64,000 nucleotides of DNA, from assembly GCA_030141605.1 (NCBI GenBank), contig JAQGDQ010000044.1, positions 496,001 to 560,000 on the forward strand, in the 5' to 3' direction. Position numbers and translations under genes: made by a program. The DNA is from Tubiluchus corallicola. Its lineage: Eukaryota; Animalia; Priapulida. Below the pieces are notes generated by a model. It did not search any database. It was not told the DNA's origin and saw only the letters and a list, made by a program, of their open reading frames with translations. Positions 19,876-31,000 of the stretch are shown one piece after another. Every line of letters begins with the position of its first letter. The first letter of the stretch is position 1.

Positions 19876-22800
19876 ATGGGAAATAATAGAGAAGATGTGG
19901 AAAGCAACTTGGGCGGCGTGACGCCAGTATCATCTCAGGGTGGCGATGAGAACAAAGATAGAGGAAATTGGTCGGGGAACTTCGATTTCTTTCTCAGTTG
20001 TGTTGGTTATGCTGTGGGTATCGGAAACGTGTGGCGATTTCCTTACCTTTGCTACAAAAACGGAGGAGGTAACTTTGGGAAAAATTGTGTAAACTAATTA
20101 CCAAAACATTGTTGTAAGCAAGGCAACTTCAACGCCATTATTATCTCTGTGTAAATGAAGTGTCGGTCGGGGGAATTTAGCGGAGTGGTTTGTAAATACA
20201 ATTATACCTCAGCCATCAGCCTAAACTTGACTCTAGTATGTTACTAATCTCAGTAATTAAATCTTGATGGTTTGTTTCGTTGCAGGTGCGTTTCTTGTGC
20301 CGTATTTGCTGGCACTGGTTTTTTGCGGCTTGCCGCTGTTTTTCATGGAAGTTGCTCTGGGCCAGTTTTCTAGTTGTGGGGCAATTGAGGTGTGGAAGAT
20401 GAGTCCAATTCTTCAAGGTATGACAGAAGAATTACATACTTCTATCATAGAAGATCTAGTAGACAGATCTAAGTGTTGCTAAGAACAAGATCCTCTGGGA
20501 ACAGTGAAAAAGATTAAACAAAATGGTTAACAACTTTAATAGGTGGGGCATCTTTCATTGTCATTAATGGAATTTATTGTTGACCTTTATTCTTTACCAT
20601 TTGCTGAATTTTTTATATGAAAGTTTTAACTCGTAGGGCAACCATATTTTGCCCTGTTTGTAGAAAAGCTAGCATTTTGATTACTTAATGTGATGCATTT
20701 CATGTAAATCTCCGCTGTTAATACTGAATAATTTCCTCTAGTAAAAGTAATTATGCCAGTAAAAATGAATTTCCTGTAGTTTTTTCCTGTAAAGCACAAG
20801 AAAACCCTCCACCTACATAAAGCTTGAAAAGTTCGTCTTGAAATTTTATATCGCTTACCGTTTTATACTACTGCCTTTTTAAATACAGGGACTGCGCCGG
20901 CAGTAACGCTGTATAAAACATGTAAATTTAAAATCCCGCTCTGACGGTTATACGCAGCCATTTTGACGATAAATCATATGAAACAAGTTTAGATAACGCT
21001 GAGTAAAGTTTGAAAAAATAATCAAAGCATTCGTAACGCACATGTCGCTAAGCTAAGTAAAATTTTAAATAACTGCATCTTGCGAATAAGATTAAAAATA
21101 CATTTTTTCGGTTTGTGAGTGGGGCACCCTGGAGTGACCCTGAACGACATTTAACATATGGTGTAAAAATTTTAGGTAATTAATCATTTTCTTTTCTAGT
21201 CACATAATTCTTTCAAGCAGGTAAACGAAATGCAAAGTAAAGTAACATTAGGCCTAATGTGAAGGCTTTTAGGTTATTTTATTACTTCAGTGTTCTTTCA
21301 TTCTGTAAACCCCCCTATACTGTCCTTTTTAACTGCATTCATGTATGTATGTCTTGACTTGGCTTCTTTCTGTCATGCTCTACTGACAGAGCTAGTTTAC
21401 CTGGTTAGTTGGCAGTCTGTTCTTGGCTAAGAGAGTTGTTGTTGTTGTTTTGTCTCAGTTAAACCATTTATTTGTCAAGAGTAGTAGAGCCATGATGTAA
21501 GTTTATTTTGATTGTTCAGTCTGACTTTATTATTAATTTTCTTGTTTCTTTTTGGGCTCAAATTAGTTTGTTATATTTTGTTATGATTTTTTTACAGATA
21601 AAACGTAATAAAGCTACTCAAACATGAATTTTTTGACTTTGGGCATCATGAAGTAGTAGTCTCTCACAGTTTTATATCCTTCTACCATTCTTGTTGGGAA
21701 AACTACAGGACAGGAGGAGGTTTGCTGAATACAAAGTCAGACATGGACAGCAATGATGACTGCATTTGTTATACAGGACAAACTGTACAGCCTACAAGCC
21801 TGGTGTTGATGAGACAGTGACATTGAAAATTTGCAATACCTGGTTTGAGTTCTGCGACCTAGATTCAGCAGTAACTGGTTTATTTGACTAGTATAAATTT
21901 TCACAGCTTGTTTATAATGGCAGAGCCTAAATTTCATGAACTGGCTGAAAAGCAATACACAGAAGAAGAACTGAAAACAAAAACCAGAGAACAATTAAAA
22001 GAAATACTTCGTCAGAAAGGCTTAGCAGTTGGTGGAATTAAAGCTGAACTAGTGGAGAGAATTATTGCTCATCGTGTGCCAGCAGTGGACAGCCCACCCC
22101 CACAGGTAGTTTCAAGGCCGAAGCTACAGTCAGCCACATGCAGCAGCTACATGCTACAGGTAGCATGGGGGAGCAACACACCACAAGCACTCGGTCAAGA
22201 ATTTCCAAAAGTGGTTACTCGAGTTTTAAAACTGGTGGGAAGCTTTCCGAGAATTCTCGCAAGCTCAAGGACAATAAATTAAAGATTCAGCAGTGTGAAT
22301 TAAAACTGCAAGCACTAAAAGTGAAGCAAAAGCGGCTTGAAAATGAGAGTAATTTGGGAAGTGATATTCATAAACTGACTGCAAGCCAGAAATGTTTTAA
22401 AGTTAAATTTGACGAAGTTCCAAGTAAAGCTAAAGTGACAGAATGGTTTAAGAAGTCTTCAGTGTGTGATAGAATATCAGTAGACGAGGCTTATGTTACG
22501 TTAGCAACCAACGATCAGTATGCAACAGCTGCTTTGGTACTTGCCAATTCATTGAAGCAGACTGGCACACAACGACAGTTGGTGATCATGATATCTGCTG
22601 ACGTGTCTGACCAGGTGAAGGGTCTTCTTCAAAAGACTTTTGATCAGGTGGAGACGTTTGACATCATTGACAGTTTGGATCATGAAAATCTAAGTGCATT
22701 GGGACGACCTGAGCTGGGTGTGAGTTTCACGAAACTGCATTGCTGGAAACTTACACAGTTTAGTAAATGTGTTTTCCTTGATGCTGACACTTTGGTTATG

Positions 22801-25800
22801 GCAAACATAGATGATTTATTTCAGAGGCAGGAATTATCCGCAGCTCCTGATGTTGGCTGGCCGGACTTATTCAATTCTGGTGTTTTCGTGTTTAAGCCGG
22901 ATGTGACAACATATGAACAGTTACTAACATTTGCTTGTCAAAATGGTAGCTTTGATGGAGGTGATCAGGGACTGCTGGATATGTTTTTTCCATAAATGGG
23001 CAGGCGATTTCGACAAACGTCTTCCATATACTTACAATATGGTCAATGTTGATGATGATGCAAGATATGGTTACGTTCCTGCAATGCGCCAGTTTGAAAG
23101 AGATGTCAAGGTAGTACACTTTATTGGTCAGCAGAAGCCTTGGATGAATATGGATGTGCTGCGTTGCCATGAAGCATCGCATTTTTCTCGTTATGTAGAT
23201 GTTTGGAGACAAATATATCGGACACGTGTACAACCACTCATGCATGATTTTGGAATATTTCAGACATGAAAATCGCTCTGAAAATATGCCTCCCAGTAGA
23301 CAGATGAGAAACTCGAGTGCAATGGCTCCACATTTTATTCCACATCGTGCATCTCCAATGAACGGCAACAATATTCATATGGAGGGTTCTACTTCCAGAT
23401 TTGCTAATATTATGGATGAAACGTCCACATCACACAATCCTGACCTCAGTGCTATGATCAACTTTATGATGGAAGGTCAAAGACAGCAGAATAGTATCTA
23501 CCAGACACTACATTTGCCTAAAGTAGAAGTTGAAGTTTTTGATGGCAATCCATTACATTACTGGCGTTTTATGAGAAGACTAGAGGCTAGCATAGAGTGT
23601 TATACTACAGATGAGTCTGCAAGGTTTAGTCGGCTACTATAGTTGTGCACAGGTAGGGCTAAGCAAGTCATTGAAAGGTGCAACTATATGGAACCACACA
23701 CTGCATATGCCCATGCTAAGCGATTGTTGGCAGAACGCTTTGGCCAGCCCTACATCATAACACAAGCCTGGGTAAACAAAGTAAAAGAGTTTGGAAGCAT
23801 TATGCCTAGTGAACCAGAGAAATTACGTGACTTTTCTGATCTGCTAAATAGTTGTATAGAGACACTATGGTCAATGAATAGTCTCGGGGAGCTTAACACT
23901 CAAGCAAACATCTTGGACGTGATCAAAAAGCTACCATACAAATATCAAAGCAGATGGCAGACTAAGGTTACTCAAACTGCAAGGTTAGAATATAGGAACC
24001 CAGACATGTTTGATGTAAAGAACTTTGTTCAAGACGTTTCTGAAGAGATGTCTCATCCTGTGTATGGCTGCTTGTCTGATGCTCGAAAGGTCAGTAAGCG
24101 AGGGAGGCAGCGATAATGCCAAAGATTACAAAAGCAAAAAGGATCCTGTAAAGAGTTTTGTCAGCTATTCAAGTTCTTCAGTTGTAACTCCAAGTAAAGC
24201 GAAGAGACCTGACCAGCACTTTCAAAGACATGTCTAATGTGTAAGGAAAATCACCATCTCAGAGCTTGTGAAAAATTCAGGAAAATGACAGATGATGCTC
24301 GTCTCCAATACGTCAAGGAAAAACATCTTTGTTTCAATTGTCTAAATCCTGGCAGACATAGAGCAGCACAGTGTCGAAGACAAGGATGCAATCAAGCCAA
24401 TTGCAAAAGAAGGCATTCTGGCTTACTCCATGCAGCATTGGAAAGTTGGTTGCCATCAGATGCAAACAAGCAAAAGGGCACACAAACCAGTGAGGCAATG
24501 GAAGCTGATGCCACAGTATGTGCATCATCTGCACTTTCTATGAAGGAAAAATTGTTTTGCCAGTTGTCGCTGTAACTGTTACATCTGAAGGCAGCACAAA
24601 GTCCATATCTACTTATGCTTTTCTGGATGGGGGAAGCAATCATTCATTTTGCTGTAAAAGACTTTTGAAGACTACATCAGTTGAGGAAATTTCTCTTACA
24701 GTAAGAGGCAACAACAGTGGAGAGGCCAAAGAAGCCATTAAACTGAATACAGTTTATGCAATAGATGCCTTTCCAAGCCTCACAGAGAGTATCGTTAAAA
24801 AGACTGATTTGTCCACTTTAGATCATCTCAGTGACCTCTCATTTCCTGATGTAGACTTTAACTGCATCATGCTTCTCATTGGACAGAATGTACCGGTTGC
24901 CTTGGCACCTCTTGAAGTGAGACTTGGTTCTTCGCCAATGGATCCTTATGCCATCAGAACTGCACTCGGATGGACTCTAAATCGGCCCATAGGGGGCGGC
25001 AGCCAATCACTATGCTACATAGCCAATTACGCTCACGTTGACATAAACAATGATCACATACTGTCAACACAGGTTGAAAAATTTTGGAGATTGGAGAGAT
25101 GCATCAATGACGATGATGAAACTGTAACTCACTCAAAACAAGACAAGCGTGCACTAAAAATCTGGGAAAATAGTATAGTAAAAACTGCTGATAACCATTA
25201 TCAATTAGCCATTCCCTTTAAGGAGCACGATCCAAATTTTGAGGATAATCGACCAATGGCTGAATCCAGACTATCAAGTTTGAAGATCAGGCTTTCTAAA
25301 CATCCAGAACTGCACAAAAAGTATTCAGCAGAAATCTCCAATCTGTTAACTTGTGGATATGCTGAAGAAGTTGATGAAGATTCAGGCATCATGGGGAAGA
25401 TATGGTATATCCCTCATTTCCCAGTTTTTAATGTCAACAAGCCTGATAAAACTCGCATTGTTTTTGACTGCAGGGCCAAGTTTAATGGAGTCTCACTTAA
25501 CGATGTTGTCTTGCAAGGTCCTGACTTGACTAGCAAGCTCATAGGAGTTCTTATACGCTTTCATCTGGAGGACGTCGCTGTCATGGCAGATATTAAAGCC
25601 ATGTTTACCAGGTCCGTGTCAGGCCACTGAGATTCTTATATTGGAGAGACGGAAATCTGGAAGACACTGTAAAAGTTTATCGGATGACAGTTCATCTCTT
25701 TGGAGGTGTATGGTCTCCCAGTATTTCTTCTTTTGCCCTTGGACGCACAGCCACTGACAACGAAGACAAGTACGACAAGGAAATAACCCAGGCTGTTGAA

Positions 25801-27984
25801 CGGAACTTTTACATCGATGATTTTTTAAAGTCGGTTGATACTGTGGAAGCTGCTTGTAACTTAGTTCATCAAATGACTTCACTATTAGCTGAAGGTGGTT
25901 TCAACCTTACCGAATGGCTGAGCAACAAGAAAGAAGTCTTGGAAAGCATACCAGCAGAGAAACGTGGAAAATCGGTCAAAACCTTGGATTTGCATTACGA
26001 CAATTTACCTAGAGAGAGAGTCTTAGGAGTCGAGTGGGACATGCACAGAGACGTTTTTTATGTCAAAATCAAGCTCAAGCAGAAACCCTACACTAGAAGA
26101 CGAATGTTGAGCATTTTATGCTCGGTGTATGATCAACTGGGCTTCTTATCTCCCTATGTTGTTAGAGGAAAACTTCTCTTTCAGGAAGCCACTGTGCTTC
26201 ACAGGAAGTCTTGGAATGATGAATTGGACAGTGGTATCCAAGAAAGATGGCAGCGTATACAATGGAAAGTGACTTCTTAATTAATGCTATCCAAAGATTT
26301 GTTTGTCGAAGAGGCAAACCCAAGATGCTGCGATCTGATTGTGGCACTATTTTAACTGGAGCAGATCGTGAAATGAAGAGATCGATCGAGCAGTGGAACA
26401 ATGAGGACATTTCCAAGGCATTTCAAAAAAAGGGAATCGAATGGCGATTTAATGCTCCTCAGTCTCCACACAGTGTAGGAGTTTGGGAGCGCCTGATAAA
26501 GAGCGTAAAACGAACACTTACCTTTATCATGGACAAGCACACCATAGATGATGAAGCATTACATACATATTTTTGTCAGGTTGAGAATTTCCTGAATACT
26601 CGTCCGATTTCTGTAGTTTCAGATGACATTCGCGATTGCGAACCTCTGACTCCTAATCACTTGCTGTTGCTGCGCAATGGTCCTACTCTACCACCTGGAA
26701 AATTCACCGACTGTGATGTGTACTCAAGAAGATGGCGCCACATTCAACATATGGCCAACATATTTCGGCAAAGGTGGAAGAAGGAATATATAGTTATGCT
26801 CCAGCAAAGGTCTAAATGGAACAGAGCCAAGAAAAACCTCCAAGCAGGCCGATGGAACAGAGCCAAGAAAAACATCCAAGCAGGTGACATCGGCCTAATT
26901 AAAGATATCCAGACTCTGCGAAGCAGCTGGGCTCTGGGCAGAGTAATAGTAGCCAGTCCGGAAGAAGATGGTTTGGTGCGGTTTGCAACATTGAAGACAG
27001 CTTCTGGCATTCTAAGACGACATATTAATCAATTATGTTTAATTGAAGGACACATGTAATTTCTGTTGTAAACTCAATTTGGTAAATGCTCTTGTAATTA
27101 AAGTCGCATTTAAGGGGGCGGTGTGAAGGATTTTAGGTTATTTTATTACTTCAGTGTTCTTTCATTCTGTAAACCCCCTTATACTGTCCTTTTTAACTGC
27201 ATTCATGTACGTATGTCCTGACTTAGCTTCTTTCTGTCATGCTCTCCTGACAGAGCTAGTTTACCTGGTTAGTTGGCAGTCTGTTCTTGGCTAAGAGAGT
27301 TGTTGTTGTTGTTTTGTCTCAGTTAAACCATTTATTTGTCAAGAGTAGTAGAGCCATGATGTAAGTTTATTTTGATTGTTCAGTCTGACTTTATTATTAA
27401 TTTTCTTGTTTCTTTTTGGGCTCAAATTAGTTTGTTATATTTTGTTATGATTTTTTTACAGATAAAACGTAATAAAGCTACTCAAACATGAATTTTTTGA
27501 CTTTGGGCATCATGAAGTAGTAGTCTCTCACAGTAACATTAGGCCTAATATAATTTTAGGCCGAGACTAGCAGATTCACTGGCAAAATTATTGTAATATT
27601 GGTTCTCTGCATACTACAATCTACAAACTGCATGATAATTTACGAGGGCATCACCCTTCTGAACGTCACAAACTAATTTAAAGATTTAACGAAATTGAAT
27701 TTAAAAACCTATCAATATTTTCTGTTCTATTAAATTTGCGTTAAGATCCGCTATAAAAATAATCCAAAAAATCTAAAGTGTATTAATTTTGAACCAGACA
27801 CTGAATCTTATATGGCAAAAAGAATGCATGGAGTGTACTAAAAAATCAAGTAGTATCCACAAGAAGGGGAACGGCAGTCTCACATCAGATTAAAAAGTTG
27901 CATGGGCAGAAAGGTTGAAAACTACTGTATTGCGAACTGTTACACAATATAAGGTTAACATTTGTTCTCATTAGGTCTGTCTTC

Positions 27985-28018
<34 letters not shown>

Positions 28019-31000
28019 GGTGTTATTCAGGTGTGGTTTGTATATGGTTCAAAAAACATAATTTAGTTGTTGGAAAAATCTGTTTTCATAATTAAATGTG
28101 ATTACACTTGTGGGGCATCAAAATGTTATTTATTCCCAGAGGGGTTTTGAAAGGAATGATAATCACTGGTTTACAAAAGCATTTGTCCGCATTCCTGAGG
28201 ATTTGTTGGGTCGAAATTTTCCATTTTGAAGTTCGAAAATTTCCATTAGGTTAAAAACATTTTGCAGCCAACGTTTTACTGACGTTGCTATGATTATATT
28301 GCATTTTAACATTTAATGTTACGCAGTTAACTTGTTCTTTGACTTCGTCTAGATTACTGAGATTTATTATAGGCCTAGAAAAAAGTTTGTTTCCGTTTGC
28401 CGACAGACCATTTGACGTGCGACTCTATTTTTTTTGTTTATCAAAGGAATTTCTTGCCCACGCAAACTTGTAATTTGATACCCCAGTAGCAGTCAGATCA
28501 ATTGCAGTCCCAACTGCAGCCTGAACAGTTGTCTTAGAATTAATGAAACTCTCTGACAATGATTGCAAAGTGCAGACGTGAGTCATTATTTAGGCCAATT
28601 AGGTAAAAAAACTCAGTAAACTGTATTTAAGGAGAAAAATTTAATACTGAATTTATGTAAAAATGAAATCAAATAATTGAAGAAGATTCTGAAAAAAAGC
28701 GAGTTCAATCAGTATTCAACCAATATGTTGTGGTATCAGACCATGGTTAAAGTAAATGTAAGACAAAAGTGCGTTTGGGAGTCTGTATTGCCATACCGGA
28801 AGCGACTAACAAAAAGAACTTGTTAAGAGGCATAAGAAAGTGCCTCAACTGTGCAATTCAAAAAACTCCATAGTTTACCAGTATACTGCAGCATGTTTAC
28901 CTAATGCAATTTCATTTTGTAAGTCAGTACTTGCAATGAAAAATGTTTTAAAAGTAAAAAAATGAGGTAGAAAAACAAAATAATTAAAAAATGAAATTTT
29001 TCATAATGTTAACAGCTTATTATTTTGTACTGTGGCAGCAGTTAGCCAAGCCACACTTAATGTTATTCATACACTGTGATATGGTGATGAGAGTGACCAC
29101 AATGAGTGGGGTGGGGTGGTGTTACTACAGATACACGTTTATATTTATCTTTTGTTAATTAGTTAGAAACGAATTATTATTTTTTACAAATTACCATTAA
29201 AGCAAAAACCAAGTCTTTTGGGAAGTTGACCCACTGGGGTCACCGAAAGGACATCAACAGGGAATGTCTCAATCATAGCGAGTAATATATCAAATTAAAG
29301 CTTGGGGTGAAGCGGCTTTGACATTAACAAATGTTGGCCCACCTTGGGTCACCTAAAGGGCATTTTCAGGAAATGTGCCAAACATATTGTGTAATATATC
29401 AAATTAAAGCTTATTGAGACGCGGTTTGACGTGGTTCATTAAAACGTCAAGCGTCGTTCACAAATGACTTAATATTCTTTATTTGGCCAAAACCTTTTCC
29501 TCGTCGTCTTACATTTTTGATGTGTAGTAACCTTTGCGTAAAAAGCATGTCAAACTGAATGACCAAGGTCGAAAATTTTGGGCAATTTGTGGTCACTCAC
29601 AGGGCATCTAAAGAAGATGTTGCAAACAATTGTGTAATAATTATAGGGTACTTTAAGCTTGGAAACTCAGTACTAGAATCATAACTTTAATGATCTGTTT
29701 AAATGTATTTATGAAGATGCCAAATGCAAAGTTAATAGGAAGACAATAGAGAGCACAGCAGGATGTAACAATTCAGGGCATTATAATTAGTTGCCGATGT
29801 AAAGGCTCTATCAGAGTTTTTCTCACACTAACGCATTTGCATACTAGTAAGATGTCATCGCAATGTGATAACATATGACCCCCAATAAGCCAATTGAGCT
29901 TTTGTGCTTGAGCAATCATTCTAGCACAAGTCATACAAGTTTTTTGTGGTTATTGCAAATTTTTCTTCATGGGACCTACACCGTCATTGACGGTCTGGTT
30001 AATTATTTTGAAAACAATTTTTATTTGTCAATACAAAACAAAAGCTGTCAGTTAAAGCATCTCTTGTCACAGAAGCAGAATCTTACCACAGTTTTTGACA
30101 CAGTCAAGAACGTCCACTAGTTAAGTTTCTTTTACGTTTTTAAGCAAAGAATTCTATGTGCATATTTTGTATCGTGATTTCAATATTTTTAATTGTACAT
30201 TAAAATGCAATAAATGTTGTCCGTTCGAGGGTTGGTTCTTCCTTTAATTAATTTTTTTGTGAAAAAGCGGTGGACTCATCAAAATAAGATGTAATTTGGT
30301 TAGAAGATCTGGAAATTTCACACTGACATAGTCATGTGGCAATAAACTAAAATGTGAAGATAAAATTTTTAAAATGTGCCATTCATTATCAAGTATAATT
30401 ATTTTTTATGTTCTTTCAAAGATAAATTCTACACTTTTTTTCTCGTATCTTATTTATAGCACCAAAGATCTTTACTTAATTTGTTAGGTTCAATCTTTGA
30501 AAGTTGAAAAAAATGCAAAAAAGAATATTTATAATTTTTTTATAACATTGTACGTTAATTTAATACAGTGTCAATATTCCTCCAGTCGGAAGCTCTTGAG
30601 CTGCTGGGCATAAAAACTGCTAATTTCCAGAACATAATTAATTTACTTCTCGACAAAGGACTGCTGAATTGAAATGGTAACATAACCTCAACTCATGAAG
30701 ACTGGTGTAGAAAACCTTGTTCATATGTTCAACTGGTTAACTCCATTATTTGATTGTCCCACTCTCACATGTTGTAGGTGCTGGTTATGGAACAGTGGTA
30801 GTGACGAGTATATGCTGCATTTACTATAATGTGCTAATCGCATATATACTATTCTACATGGCCATGTCGTTTGCAAAGACTGTACCCTGGGCGAGCTGTG
30901 ACAACTGGTGGAACACCATCAATTGTGTCCGCAGAGGCGTTGAGGATGTTGGCTTGACACAGCCAAACAGCACGAATGTGTCCACGGATTACATAGCCAA

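Larger units (their letters stand above)
21258..27532 (+). mobile_element. BEL/Pao LTR retrotransposon (defective) carrying a glycogenin domain, in SLC6 coding intron 2, sense orientation
   Basis: 411-bp LTRs (TG...CA) and PPT AAGGGGGCGG before the 3' LTR. Domain order: SAP, glycogenin, Gag ([13 protein letters not shown]), BEL triple zinc knuckle, protease (FLDGGS), RT ([27 protein letters not shown]), Pao RNase H start, integrase core. Flanked by a 16-bp direct duplication. Confidence 0.96.

Noticed and set aside
22483-23269. Glycogenin as an ordinary host gene nested in the SLC6 intron, or a LINE-made processed pseudogene
   Set aside because: It lies inside LTR-bounded gag, is fused in frame upstream, and has no own ATG, introns, UTR, poly(A) tail or TSD.
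23376-23420. [15 protein letters not shown] as a remnant of the glycogenin C-terminal glycogen-synthase-binding motif
   Set aside because: Only vague similarity; the diagnostic WE.G..DY.G core is absent.
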